The position numbers were made by a program, and so were the translations under genes. From TPA_inf: Saccharomyces (Eukaryota): 64,000 nt of DNA. Shown here piece by piece: positions 35,133 through 46,574 of this stretch (position 1 is the first letter of the stretch; every line of letters begins with the position of its first letter). The notes beneath the pieces were generated by a model. The model saw only the letters and a program-made list of their open reading frames with translations, ran no database searches and was not told where the DNA came from. Where the stretch lies: positions 672,001-736,000 of the forward strand of contig BK006946.2 in the NCBI GenBank assembly GCA_000146045.2, in the 5' to 3' direction.

Positions 35133-38100
35133 ATGTCAAAAAAAAAAGAAACCTTTACTCCAAGGGCAAATAAACTTAAACTGACGACCCCAAGAAGAAA
35201 ACTGAAAATACTGTCATCTCTCCTTGACGCGGACGAGGATTCCAAAATGAAAGATCAACATGGGTACTCAAGGGTCCACAATGATAAATACAGAGTAGCA
35301 AAGCCTACTCAGCACTCGACTTTACATGAATCTATTTCCTCCAGGCGAAGCAGTCATATTCATAATAAATCCCTTCATGAAGATAGTGCGAGGGCATTAA
35401 GCTGGGTAGATTCTCTAATTAATAGGGGGAAAAGTATACTTACTACACTAGAAAAGGAAGATGCCTTGTTTGAGCGTAGTCTTGAGGAGGAAAGACAACG
35501 TTTTCAGCTTCATGACTCTTTAATGAACAAGTACACAGGAAACAGTAAATCTCATCAGCGACTAATCGATCTCAGGAAGAGCCAATACGGAACGGATACT
35601 TCTTTCCAAAATAATGATGAAATTCCCTTAGATAGTTTCATAAGTTCTCCCTTACCGGACGCTGAGGACGAGTCGTCCTCAAATATCGACTCCGATAAGG
35701 ATGAAGATCTGGAAGGTAAACAATCTTTAATCAAAGATTTCGATCTTGAAAATGATGAATACGAGCTCTCTGAAGAAGAAAAGAATAGTGACGGCCAAAG
35801 TAGTCCTTCAATAATGATATTATCAGATGAAGAATATGCAGAGGAAGGAGCACTACAAGATGTATCGAATGATGAATATGCCGAAGAGGAGGGGCAAGTT
35901 GAGAGAAAGAATATAGGGCAAGAACAGGCAAATGTAGAGAATGCTACACAAATTAGTTCTTCTGATTCCAGTGAAGGACAGAATTATTCAGAGGGAGTAG
36001 AAATGGAATTAGAAGACGACATTGATGTGGAAAGCGATGCTGAAAAAGATGAAAGTCAGGGTGCAGAAGGAACAGAACATTCGGTAGATTTTTCAAAATA
36101 CATGCAGCCTAGAACAGATAATACTAAGATCCCCGTTATCGAAAAATATGAATCTGATGAGCACAAAGTCCATCAAAGATATTCAGAAGACGGTGCATTT
36201 GATTTCGGTTCAGTAAATATTTCAGTTGACGATGAGTCCGAGGATGAAGAAAGTCAAGCTGAAAGTTACTCAGCAAATGCTGAAAATGTGTACCACCATA
36301 ATGAACATGAACTGGATGATAAGGAACTAATAGAAGATATAGAATCTTCAGATAGTGAATCCCAAAGTGCACAAGAAAGCGAACAAGGAAGTGAAGATGA
36401 TTTTGAATATAAAATGAAAAACGAAAAAAGCACGTCAGAAGAAACTGAGAATACCAGCGAAAGCAGAGACCAAGGTTTCGCTAAAGATGCTTATACTAAG
36501 AACAAAGTGGAACAACAGGAAAATGACGAAGAACCTGAAAAAGATGACATTATCAGAAGCTCTCTAGACAAAAATTTTCACGGAAACAACAACAAAAGTG
36601 AATACTCGGAAAATGTTTTGGAGAATGAAACTGATCCTGCTATAGTAGAAAGAGAAAATCAAATTAACGATGTTGAAGGTTATGACGTAACAGGAAAAAG
36701 TGTCGAAAGTGATTTGCACGAGCATTCCCCTGATAATTTGTATGATCTCGCCGCAAGGGCTATGCTTCAATTCCAACAAAGTAGAAATTCGAACTGCCCT
36801 CAAAAAGAGGAGCAGGTATCCGAATCTTATTTAGGGCACTCAAATGGAAGCAACTTATCGGGCAGGTCTTTAGACGAATCCGAAGAGCAAATACCCCTAA
36901 AGGACTTCACAGGTGAAAACAATAATAATTTAAAAACAGACCGAGGTGATCTTTCATCTTCTGTTGAAATAGAGGTTGAAAAAGTTTCTGAAAAGAAACT
37001 GGACGGTTCTACAGAAAAAGAACTGGTACCACTATCCACAGATACTACGATTAACAATTCATCATTAGGAAATGAAGACAGTATCTATTATTCACTCGAT
37101 GACGCTGATGCTATATCAGAGAATCTTACCGATGTTCCTCTTATGGAAATCAAAACAACTCCGAAATATGAAGTAGTAATTTCTGAATCTGTGTATAGTT
37201 CTACTTCTTACGAAGATAACACAGTTGCCATGCCACCGCAAGTGGAGTACACTTCACCATTTATGAATGACCCATTCAATTCGTTGAACGATGATTACGA
37301 AAAGAAGCATGACCTACTGAAATCAACGTTAGCAGCCCTTGCCCCAGCTTTCACCAAAAAGGATGCAGAATTTGTGGAAGCTGGAGTGACGAAATCATGC
37401 TTGACATCTACATCTGGGCACACAAACATTTTTCACACAAGTAAGGAAACTAAACAGGTGAGCGATTTGGATGAATCTACGGAAAACGTTACTTTTGAAA
37501 ATGAAAATACAGGTGATGAAAATAAAAATCAAAGTAAAAATTTTCCAGGCGTGGCTAACAGTACTGACAAGTCAACTGAAGATAACACGGATGAAAAGTA
37601 CTTTTCAGCGATTAATTATACCAACGTTACAGGAGACTCTTCCTGCGAGGACATAATTGAAACGGCTTCAAATGTAGAAGAAAATTTAAGATACTGTGAA
37701 AAGGATATGAACGAAGCTGAGATGTCTTCTGGCGATGAATGCGTAAAACAGAATGATGATGGTAGTAAAACTCAAATTTCGTTTTCAACAGATTCGCCAG
37801 ACAATTTTCAAGAAAGCAACGACAACACTGAATTCTCTTCTACTAAATATAAAGTAAGAAATAGTGATCTTGAAGACGACGAATCACTCAAGAAGGAACT
37901 TACAAAAGCTGAAGTAGTTGATAAGCTTGATGAAGAGGAAAGTGAGGATTCATATGAACAAGATTATGCGGATCCAGAACCAGGCAATGATGAAGGCAGT
38001 AATGAAAATATAGTTAAAGGTACAAAAAAGGATACTCTCGGAATAGTAGAACCAGAAAATGAAAAAGTTAATAAGGTGCACGAAGAAGAAACACTTTTCG

Positions 38101-40109
38101 AAGCCAATGTCAGTTCATCCGTAAATGTTCAGAACAAAGACATGCACACCGACGTCATCAATCAAGAGGCGCAAGCGAATTACGAAGCTGGTGAAAGAAA
38201 ATACTATATCCAGAATACAGATACGGAGGAAGCACACATTTCCATTATCGAAAGAATAGATGAGAATGCGATTGGAAATAATATGGAGATCCCAGAAAGG
38301 TCGTGCGTGGAAAAAACGCACAACGAAGTGCTCTTTGAAAGAAGAGCAACTACCATTGAAAACACAAAAGCCCTGGAAAATAATACCAATATGCATGATC
38401 AGGTTAGCCAAGCTTGCTCTGATTCAGACCGAGACCAAGACTCCACAGCTGAAAAAAATGTTGAGGGATCTGCAAAACATAATTTGGACATTCGGGTGTC
38501 CAGTTCGGAAATTGAGTCTGTGGAACCATTGAAGCCAGAATCTGATCGATCAAATATTTTTTCATCCCCAATTCGTGTTATTGGAGCTGTAGTTAAGGGA
38601 GTGGGTAAGGTAGTCGACGTAGCTGAATCATTCGTGAAAAAAATTGATGTTATGGATTCTGAGAGTGATGATAACGTTGATATTGGTGATTATAATCAAG
38701 ACATTTTTAACAAGTCGAATTCTACCGATGCATCTGTTAATATGAAAAGTGTAAGTAGCAAAGAGAGAGACAGCGATGAAGATGAAGCTGTCATACTCGG
38801 AGGAGTTACCGCAGAAGCACATAATGACAATGGTAATAATTCTCGTGTGATAAACATCGATCCCACGACAAACGGTGCTTATGAAGAGGACTCCGAAGTG
38901 TTTCGACAGCAAGTAAAGGACAAGGAAAATTTGCATAAGTCGGAAGAGCCGCTAGTTGAAGGTTTACAATCCGAGCAACATTTCGAAAAGAAAGACCACA
39001 GCGAGAATGAAGAAGAATTTGATACCATATATGGAGATATAACATCAGCAAATATTCACAGTAATGCCCCCGATGATATTAAGAGACAACAACTCCTAAA
39101 GAATCTAAGTGACCTAGAGAATTATTCTCAGAGGCTCATTGAAGATTCCAGGAGAGGAAAAAATCAAGAAGAATCAGACGAAGTTAATACAAGCCGTGAA
39201 CGGGATCTCACGTTTGAAAAGTCCGTTAATGAGAAATATGCTGGAGCAATTGAAGAAGACACTTTTTCGGAGTTAGATATTAGCATTCAACACCCCGAAC
39301 ATGAAGAAGACCTGGACCTATCAAACAATCAGGAGAGGTCAATAGAAGAACTAAATTCAGAGCCAGAAGAAGCTGAGTTGTACGAATTGGAAATAGAGGG
39401 CCCTACAGAGACAGCAGCTTCTAGTAAAATGAATGATGATGAAAGGCAACGCGGAAATATACCGTCCACAGATCTTCCATCTGATCCTCCGTCTGATAAG
39501 GAAGAAGTGACAGATTCTTATCCCTATTCAAATTCGGAAAATATTACCGCTGAAAAGAGTGCGCCAACATCACCGGAAGTGTATGAAATATTCTCAGACA
39601 CGCCAAATGAAGTCCCTATGGAAATTAATGATGAAATTCCCGCCACCACGCTTGAGAAACACGATAAAACCAATGTAACATCCGTTTTGGATGATAGATC
39701 AGAACATTTATCTAGCCACGATGTTGATAATGAGCCACACGATAATTCCATTAACATCAAAGTAAATGAAGGTGAGGAGCCCGAACATCAAGCAGTGGAT
39801 ATACCTGTTAAAGTAGAAGTTAAAGAAGAACAGGAGGAAATGCCTTCAAAATCTGTACTTGAAGAACAGAAACCAAGTATGGAACTAATCAATGATAAAA
39901 GTTCTCCAGAAAATAATAATGATGAGGAAACAAACCGCGAAAAGGACAAAACTAAAGCAAAAAAGAAAAGCCGTAAAAGAAACTACAACAGCAGAAGACG
40001 GAAAAGAAAAATCACAGAAGGCAGTTCTGCCGCATCAAATACTAAAAGGCGTAGGGGGCACGAGCCAAAAAGCCGTGGACAGAATACGCATCCAAGTGTT
40101 GACAAATAA
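35133..40109 (+). CDS. ESC1: Nuclear-periphery silencing/anchoring protein Esc1, 1658 aa, highly acidic and low-complexity
   Basis: 1658-aa ORF, extremely Ser/Glu/Asp/Asn-rich, with a basic NLS-like C-terminus (KKKSRKRNYNSRRRKRK). Confidence 0.92.
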   Translation: MSKKKETFTPRANKLKLTTPRRKLKILSSLLDADEDSKMKDQHGYSRVHNDKYRVAKPTQHSTLHESISSRRSSHIHNKSLHEDSARALSWVDSLINRGKSILTTLEKEDALFERSLEEERQRFQLHDSLMNKYTGNSKSHQRLIDLRKSQYGTDTSFQNNDEIPLDSFISSPLPDAEDESSSNIDSDKDEDLEGKQSLIKDFDLENDEYELSEEEKNSDGQSSPSIMILSDEEYAEEGALQDVSNDEYAEEEGQVERKNIGQEQANVENATQISSSDSSEGQNYSEGVEMELEDDIDVESDAEKDESQGAEGTEHSVDFSKYMQPRTDNTKIPVIEKYESDEHKVHQRYSEDGAFDFGSVNISVDDESEDEESQAESYSANAENVYHHNEHELDDKELIEDIESSDSESQSAQESEQGSEDDFEYKMKNEKSTSEETENTSESRDQGFAKDAYTKNKVEQQENDEEPEKDDIIRSSLDKNFHGNNNKSEYSENVLENETDPAIVERENQINDVEGYDVTGKSVESDLHEHSPDNLYDLAARAMLQFQQSRNSNCPQKEEQVSESYLGHSNGSNLSGRSLDESEEQIPLKDFTGENNNNLKTDRGDLSSSVEIEVEKVSEKKLDGSTEKELVPLSTDTTINNSSLGNEDSIYYSLDDADAISENLTDVPLMEIKTTPKYEVVISESVYSSTSYEDNTVAMPPQVEYTSPFMNDPFNSLNDDYEKKHDLLKSTLAALAPAFTKKDAEFVEAGVTKSCLTSTSGHTNIFHTSKETKQVSDLDESTENVTFENENTGDENKNQSKNFPGVANSTDKSTEDNTDEKYFSAINYTNVTGDSSCEDIIETASNVEENLRYCEKDMNEAEMSSGDECVKQNDDGSKTQISFSTDSPDNFQESNDNTEFSSTKYKVRNSDLEDDESLKKELTKAEVVDKLDEEESEDSYEQDYADPEPGNDEGSNENIVKGTKKDTLGIVEPENEKVNKVHEEETLFEANVSSSVNVQNKDMHTDVINQEAQANYEAGERKYYIQNTDTEEAHISIIERIDENAIGNNMEIPERSCVEKTHNEVLFERRATTIENTKALENNTNMHDQVSQACSDSDRDQDSTAEKNVEGSAKHNLDIRVSSSEIESVEPLKPESDRSNIFSSPIRVIGAVVKGVGKVVDVAESFVKKIDVMDSESDDNVDIGDYNQDIFNKSNSTDASVNMKSVSSKERDSDEDEAVILGGVTAEAHNDNGNNSRVINIDPTTNGAYEEDSEVFRQQVKDKENLHKSEEPLVEGLQSEQHFEKKDHSENEEEFDTIYGDITSANIHSNAPDDIKRQQLLKNLSDLENYSQRLIEDSRRGKNQEESDEVNTSRERDLTFEKSVNEKYAGAIEEDTFSELDISIQHPEHEEDLDLSNNQERSIEELNSEPEEAELYELEIEGPTETAASSKMNDDERQRGNIPSTDLPSDPPSDKEEVTDSYPYSNSENITAEKSAPTSPEVYEIFSDTPNEVPMEINDEIPATTLEKHDKTNVTSVLDDRSEHLSSHDVDNEPHDNSINIKVNEGEEPEHQAVDIPVKVEVKEEQEEMPSKSVLEEQKPSMELINDKSSPENNNDEETNREKDKTKAKKKSRKRNYNSRRRKRKITEGSSAASNTKRRRGHEPKSRGQNTHPSVDK

Positions 40110-40163
40110 TCAAATTGTATACAGGAATATGTAGATAGTAATAATTATTGCGATGCGTTTTTC

Positions 40164-40170
40164 TATACGA
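40164..40170 (-). promoter_or_regulatory. Candidate sterol response element (Upc2/Ecm22 core TCGTATA) upstream of ERG8
   Basis: tatacga on the plus strand is TCGTATA on the minus strand, about 150 bp upstream of the ERG8 ATG at 40316. Confidence 0.4.
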
Positions 40171-40315
40171 GATCTAAAAGGAAAAAAGTTCGGTTTTAAG
40201 GCGGAGTTAACGTCATGTCGAATGGAAAGAAAGATTATATAAAGAATGGAAAAACAAAAAAGGTGAAAAAACATCTTGGAAGGCCTCATAATAAATCAAT
40301 CGGCTGCCTCGAGAA

Positions 40316-41671
40316 ATGTCAGAGTTGAGAGCCTTCAGTGCCCCAGGGAAAGCGTTACTAGCTGGTGGATATTTAGTTTTAGATACAAAATATGAAGCAT
40401 TTGTAGTCGGATTATCGGCAAGAATGCATGCTGTAGCCCATCCTTACGGTTCATTGCAAGGGTCTGATAAGTTTGAAGTGCGTGTGAAAAGTAAACAATT
40501 TAAAGATGGGGAGTGGCTGTACCATATAAGTCCTAAAAGTGGCTTCATTCCTGTTTCGATAGGCGGATCTAAGAACCCTTTCATTGAAAAAGTTATCGCT
40601 AACGTATTTAGCTACTTTAAACCTAACATGGACGACTACTGCAATAGAAACTTGTTCGTTATTGATATTTTCTCTGATGATGCCTACCATTCTCAGGAGG
40701 ATAGCGTTACCGAACATCGTGGCAACAGAAGATTGAGTTTTCATTCGCACAGAATTGAAGAAGTTCCCAAAACAGGGCTGGGCTCCTCGGCAGGTTTAGT
40801 CACAGTTTTAACTACAGCTTTGGCCTCCTTTTTTGTATCGGACCTGGAAAATAATGTAGACAAATATAGAGAAGTTATTCATAATTTAGCACAAGTTGCT
40901 CATTGTCAAGCTCAGGGTAAAATTGGAAGCGGGTTTGATGTAGCGGCGGCAGCATATGGATCTATCAGATATAGAAGATTCCCACCCGCATTAATCTCTA
41001 ATTTGCCAGATATTGGAAGTGCTACTTACGGCAGTAAACTGGCGCATTTGGTTGATGAAGAAGACTGGAATATTACGATTAAAAGTAACCATTTACCTTC
41101 GGGATTAACTTTATGGATGGGCGATATTAAGAATGGTTCAGAAACAGTAAAACTGGTCCAGAAGGTAAAAAATTGGTATGATTCGCATATGCCAGAAAGC
41201 TTGAAAATATATACAGAACTCGATCATGCAAATTCTAGATTTATGGATGGACTATCTAAACTAGATCGCTTACACGAGACTCATGACGATTACAGCGATC
41301 AGATATTTGAGTCTCTTGAGAGGAATGACTGTACCTGTCAAAAGTATCCTGAAATCACAGAAGTTAGAGATGCAGTTGCCACAATTAGACGTTCCTTTAG
41401 AAAAATAACTAAAGAATCTGGTGCCGATATCGAACCTCCCGTACAAACTAGCTTATTGGATGATTGCCAGACCTTAAAAGGAGTTCTTACTTGCTTAATA
41501 CCTGGTGCTGGTGGTTATGACGCCATTGCAGTGATTACTAAGCAAGATGTTGATCTTAGGGCTCAAACCGCTAATGACAAAAGATTTTCTAAGGTTCAAT
41601 GGCTGGATGTAACTCAGGCTGACTGGGGTGTTAGGAAAGAAAAAGATCCGGAAACTTATCTTGATAAATAA
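40316..41671 (+). CDS. ERG8: Phosphomevalonate kinase (GHMP family), 451 aa
   Basis: 451-aa ORF starting [23 protein letters not shown], with the GHMP motif [13 protein letters not shown]. Confidence 0.96.
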
Positions 41672-41890
41672 CTTAAGGTAGATAATAGTGGTCCATGTGA
41701 CATCTTTATAAATGTGAAGTTTGAAGTGACAGCGCTTAACATCTAACCATTCATCTTCCGATAGTACTTGAAATTGTTCCTTTCGGCGGCATGATAAAAT
41801 TCTTTTAATGGGTACAAGCTATACATACTAGGATGAGGATGGTACTGAGAACGATAAATAAACTTTCTAGATATATAACTTTATGTCATT

Positions 41891-41901
41891 TAAATATAAA
41901 T
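41891..41901 (-). promoter_or_regulatory. 11/11 match to the ARS consensus (ATTTATATTTA on the minus strand) in the ERG8/FMP42 convergent intergenic region
   Basis: taaatataaat on the plus strand is a perfect WTTTAYRTTTW on the minus strand, in an AT-rich spacer between two 3' ends. A match alone does not prove origin function. Confidence 0.25.
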
Positions 41902-41930
41902 AAAGTGCGTGTTAGCTTGAAAGTGTGCAC

Positions 41931-43445
41931 TCAGATAGTTTGGTAGTTGGAGGACAATCCTCTTTCATTCACGGGCTTGGGCAAAATCTGAGATCGTATG
42001 TAAAATGTTAAAGTTAGTGAAAAAACGACTGTGAGGATTACCAGTGTAAGGTTTATTGGGAATGGATTCATGTTGAAAGTAGTATGTGTCCATTTGTCCA
42101 GTAAGTTTTGACTCATGTTGAAAATACCACAAATGCAGGACAATAACCCATAAACAGTACCAAATGTGTCAAATCCAAAAACTTTTGAAGAATAATCAGA
42201 AACAACTGTGTAATAAAATGGTCTGTACACTACCAGAAGTACTATACCTATTAAGTTCCAAGTGAATGAATTTGGAATCAAGCCAAAAACACCTATAGCG
42301 GTAGAAGTGGTGAACAATATTGTGAGAGTGGACAAAGTATCTGTATGGTCCAAGAGCAGCCCAATAAATGGTATGGAAACAGCACCGCCAAGTGGAAGTA
42401 ACATATCAAAAATGGAATTCAATTTTAGTGCTAAATCAGGATCATTTAATAAGTATTCTTCTTGTGTTCTGACGGTAGCAATAAAATAGTTTATCCTCAG
42501 CATGGCAACAAGCGCAAATAAAAGCATTAAATAAAACCACGGACTCTTTATTTGTTCATAAGCGGATTTCCCATGCAAGACTCCGAATATGCCGCCTGAC
42601 TTTTTCTGCAACTTATCTTCAACGTAAGTTTCCAATACCGATTTCCTTCTCTGCGGCCTTGATGGGATACTATCTTCTTCACGCTCGATTGCAATCAACG
42701 ATTGACGTTCCTGTTCATCAGGGATGATACCGGAGCCTGTATCACCCTCGATGAGTCTTCCGTTTTCATCTAAACCTTCCACAGCGATCTTAGCAATGTG
42801 ATTGACAGTTTTGTAGGAAGAATGAGGCATTATCGTGAGTTGACAGGCAAGAATAAACACTGGAACAATCAAATATAGGGTGAAAAATCTGGAAACGTTC
42901 AAGGTAGGAAACCAGTTTTGATATAACAACCTATATAACAGAAACAGCGCAGATGACGAATCAAATGATCCTGTTAGTAGGGCCAATACGGTTCCTGATC
43001 TTTGTGGGAAGCTATTTGCCAATTGAAAACATGAAATGAAGACGAACGGACCGGCAACTGCCAAAAGCGTGTAACCGACAAGATATGGGTCCCAAAGAGA
43101 CACTAGATGCTTGGCAGAAATAAAATTACCGCTTGCTAGGAACAAGAGACATGATCCTATTATTCCGCAGACACGAGGTCCATACATATCCAAAATCTTA
43201 CCGACAGGAAGGGCCATGATGTTTGTTACAGTAGCACTGAGAGCAAATATAAAATTTAATTTCAGATCCTGTGCAGTACATAATAATCTATCACCATCCT
43301 TAGGATCACACAATTCATGGTATACACCTTCTGAAATTAAAATAGGTTTCAAAGCAGCAAATCCAAAGATAATACCAGCTGAAAAAAGACACCAGATACA
43401 AGCACAGGCAACCTGTGCGTATCTCAACGTTCTTGTACTGGTCAT
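41931..43445 (-). CDS. FMP42: Mitochondrial membrane protein of the MFS-transporter-like type, 504 aa
   Basis: 504-aa ORF with about 10–12 predicted hydrophobic helices and a central hydrophilic loop. Confidence 0.88.
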   Translation of the reverse strand: MTSTRTLRYAQVACACIWCLFSAGIIFGFAALKPILISEGVYHELCDPKDGDRLLCTAQDLKLNFIFALSATVTNIMALPVGKILDMYGPRVCGIIGSCLLFLASGNFISAKHLVSLWDPYLVGYTLLAVAGPFVFISCFQLANSFPQRSGTVLALLTGSFDSSSALFLLYRLLYQNWFPTLNVSRFFTLYLIVPVFILACQLTIMPHSSYKTVNHIAKIAVEGLDENGRLIEGDTGSGIIPDEQERQSLIAIEREEDSIPSRPQRRKSVLETYVEDKLQKKSGGIFGVLHGKSAYEQIKSPWFYLMLLFALVAMLRINYFIATVRTQEEYLLNDPDLALKLNSIFDMLLPLGGAVSIPFIGLLLDHTDTLSTLTILFTTSTAIGVFGLIPNSFTWNLIGIVLLVVYRPFYYTVVSDYSSKVFGFDTFGTVYGLLSCICGIFNMSQNLLDKWTHTTFNMNPFPINLTLVILTVVFSLTLTFYIRSQILPKPVNERGLSSNYQTI

Positions 43446-43637
43446 TACAGTCTTTACTGCCCTAATACTGGCCTAACGAGGAATAAAATCATTTATAGAT
43501 GCCATTGTTATCGTTATCATAATGAAGCATCGTATCGGTAGTTAAGTTAATTTGACGTATTATTACCCGGAGGATTTAATCATGTATAAATATGTATGTG
43601 AAGATTATGTGAAGATTACGTGCTATATATACTTGCC

Positions 43638-44309
43638 TCAGGTCAACTGCTGGAGCCATTGAGCCACTTTTCTCACAAACCCTCTTGAGTTCGGCACAAA
43701 GTGGCCCCCAGAGTGCATTAGTAAAGTGCGAGAGTCTTCCGTACAAGAGTTATATAGGCCTTGCACTTTGGCCGGCTCTGTGATAGTGTCAAGTTCTCCT
43801 TGAACATGTAGAGATGGGACCGATATTGGATGCAGGTCGTACTGTTCTTGATACTGTTGTGGTTGGAACCTGAAACCACTGACCGCCATGAAAAATTCTA
43901 GCGGCGGCTGTTCTTCTGTTGTAAGGCCCAACAAACCATTGAAATCCGTTGCTAGGTATCCAGCTACACCGGCTCCTTGACTAAATCCTACAATACCTGC
44001 AAATGGACCATTTTCAAGGACATAATTGTGTAAATAGTCGATTGTCGTCTGCGGTATGAAATAGCCACCGGTGGAAGGGTCATTCTCTAGCCACGCAAGC
44101 ACACCGGTATTCTCACCATCCCCAGGTGCATCAGCAATTACCTCACCCAAGAAATCAGGAACATCAGCTGGGGGAAATTCATTGGGTGCTGTTGGATAGT
44201 AGAGTTTATATCCTAACTTTTCCATTTCGGCGCGAAACCCCTTTGTCTTAGAGGCAAAGTAGTCACCTGACTGCGCAAGCCCATGTAACATCAATACATT
44301 CTTCGTCAT
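43638..44309 (-). CDS. FSH2: Family-of-serine-hydrolases 2 (alpha/beta hydrolase), 223 aa
   Basis: 223-aa ORF with a GFSQGA nucleophile elbow. Its N-terminus MTKNVLMLHGLAQSG is typical of the Fsh family. Confidence 0.92.
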   Translation of the reverse strand: MTKNVLMLHGLAQSGDYFASKTKGFRAEMEKLGYKLYYPTAPNEFPPADVPDFLGEVIADAPGDGENTGVLAWLENDPSTGGYFIPQTTIDYLHNYVLENGPFAGIVGFSQGAGVAGYLATDFNGLLGLTTEEQPPLEFFMAVSGFRFQPQQYQEQYDLHPISVPSLHVQGELDTITEPAKVQGLYNSCTEDSRTLLMHSGGHFVPNSRGFVRKVAQWLQQLT

Positions 44310-44714
44310 GGTTACAGCTATTAAATCTTATAGTCTTGTAGTATTGCACATTCTTTCTTCACTTATACCTTTTTTTTCTTCTCTATTCTTCCTTTTTTTG
44401 CTTTTCTTTGAATTTTTCAAGTGAAAAAAAATCCTCGATTATAGTGTGTAAAAAGCATCAATAATTTATATTGTATATGGGCTAGAAAGCTGTCGTAATA
44501 GCAAAGGGATTATATTAGTGGACCTGATTAATTCTAAAAAGATATTTTACGGATAATAATAAAGGTTTTCTTTTGAGACCAGTTAGTCCATTTCTTTCAA
44601 CTGGCTGTCATAATTTTGAATACTATTTATTGATCGGATCAAAAGGGAAAACTACAGCTTCGGTCCTCGTCGTCCTACTTGAAACCCTGCTTTTTTTATT
44701 TGTTATTAATAATT

Positions 44715-46130
44715 ATGAGCATTTGTCCACATATACAGCAAGTATTTCAGAATGAAAAGTCTAAAGATGGGGTTCTAAAAACGTGCAATGCTGCCAGGTA
44801 TATATTAAATCATTCCGTACCCAAGGAAAAATTCTTAAACACCATGAAATGTGGTACATGCCACGAAATAAACTCTGGTGCAACTTTCATGTGTCTACAA
44901 TGTGGATTTTGTGGATGTTGGAACCATTCGCATTTTCTCTCTCACAGTAAACAGATTGGTCACATATTTGGTATCAACTCAAATAATGGCCTTTTATTTT
45001 GCTTCAAATGTGAGGACTATATAGGGAATATCGATCTGATTAACGATGCTATCCTAGCGAAGTATTGGGACGACGTGTGCACAAAGACCATGGTTCCTAG
45101 CATGGAAAGAAGAGATGGGCTTTCTGGCCTGATCAACATGGGATCCACTTGTTTCATGAGTAGTATTCTCCAATGTCTAATCCATAACCCTTACTTTATT
45201 AGGCACTCAATGAGTCAAATTCATTCTAATAATTGTAAAGTGCGTTCTCCAGATAAATGTTTTTCATGTGCACTCGATAAAATTGTTCATGAACTTTATG
45301 GAGCGCTGAATACAAAGCAAGCTTCTTCGTCATCTACATCTACTAATCGGCAAACCGGATTCATATATCTTTTAACTTGTGCCTGGAAAATCAATCAAAA
45401 TCTAGCAGGGTATTCACAACAAGATGCTCATGAATTTTGGCAGTTTATAATTAACCAAATCCACCAAAGCTATGTTCTTGATTTGCCAAATGCCAAGGAA
45501 GTCAGCAGAGCAAATAATAAGCAGTGTGAATGCATAGTGCATACTGTGTTTGAGGGCTCCTTGGAAAGTTCTATTGTGTGTCCAGGCTGTCAAAATAATT
45601 CAAAGACAACCATTGATCCATTCTTGGATCTTTCTCTGGATATCAAGGATAAGAAAAAACTTTATGAATGTCTTGACAGTTTCCATAAAAAAGAACAGTT
45701 GAAGGATTTCAACTATCATTGTGGGGAGTGTAACAGCACTCAAGATGCAATAAAGCAACTAGGCATACACAAATTACCATCGGTTTTGGTTTTGCAATTG
45801 AAAAGATTCGAACACCTACTTAATGGAAGTAACAGAAAACTAGACGATTTTATTGAATTTCCAACTTATTTAAATATGAAAAATTACTGTTCAACGAAGG
45901 AAAAAGATAAGCATTCTGAAAATGGCAAGGTTCCAGACATTATTTACGAATTAATCGGTATTGTTTCCCACAAGGGGACGGTTAATGAGGGACATTATAT
46001 TGCATTTTGTAAAATTTCTGGAGGGCAATGGTTTAAATTCAATGATTCCATGGTCTCCTCTATATCTCAAGAAGAGGTTTTAAAGGAACAGGCATATTTA
46101 TTATTCTACACCATTCGTCAAGTAAATTGA
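44715..46130 (+). CDS. UBP8: SAGA deubiquitinase Ubp8 (USP family with an N-terminal ZnF-UBP), 471 aa
   Basis: The true ATG is at 44715. The track's 483-aa ORF begins at an upstream TTG at 44679. It has a ZnF-UBP Cys/His cluster, a Cys box GLINMGSTCFMSSILQCL, and a His box GHYIAFCK. Confidence 0.94.
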   Translation: MSICPHIQQVFQNEKSKDGVLKTCNAARYILNHSVPKEKFLNTMKCGTCHEINSGATFMCLQCGFCGCWNHSHFLSHSKQIGHIFGINSNNGLLFCFKCEDYIGNIDLINDAILAKYWDDVCTKTMVPSMERRDGLSGLINMGSTCFMSSILQCLIHNPYFIRHSMSQIHSNNCKVRSPDKCFSCALDKIVHELYGALNTKQASSSSTSTNRQTGFIYLLTCAWKINQNLAGYSQQDAHEFWQFIINQIHQSYVLDLPNAKEVSRANNKQCECIVHTVFEGSLESSIVCPGCQNNSKTTIDPFLDLSLDIKDKKKLYECLDSFHKKEQLKDFNYHCGECNSTQDAIKQLGIHKLPSVLVLQLKRFEHLLNGSNRKLDDFIEFPTYLNMKNYCSTKEKDKHSENGKVPDIIYELIGIVSHKGTVNEGHYIAFCKISGGQWFKFNDSMVSSISQEEVLKEQAYLLFYTIRQVN

Positions 46131-46574
46131 TTCAGCAAATAGCATTCAACAATAATAATAAAACAAAAAAGAAGAAAAAGCTATGCATATTCCTATCACA
46201 GTTAACGCTTGCTTCCGTTCTTTTTTCTATATCATCGTTTCCATCATGTTTTTCTTTAAATTGAATACTTTCCTATGCTCTTAATGAGTTGCGATTGTGC
46301 ATATACTGTATTTCAAAATCCTTTGTATCTAACTAAGGAAGAAAATTACTATGACGTTTATTCAGGATTTTTTTTTTTCATTCCTTGCTATACGAACAAA
46401 AGAGCAAAGGCTGGAAAACTAAGTGAGTTTATATATAGTAATAATTAAAGAACATATCATTATCATGAATTTAGAATGCAAATTTGCTCCTCTCAAAATG
46501 GCATACCTTGTTGTTCGCGAAGGCAAGCCCTTGGTTATAAATAGGATATAATATAATATAGGGATCAAGTACAA

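Noticed and set aside
41783-41790. TCGGCGGC, matching the URS1/Ume6 core
   Set aside because: It lies between two convergent 3' ends (ERG8 and FMP42) with no promoter nearby, so it is most likely a chance GC-rich octamer.
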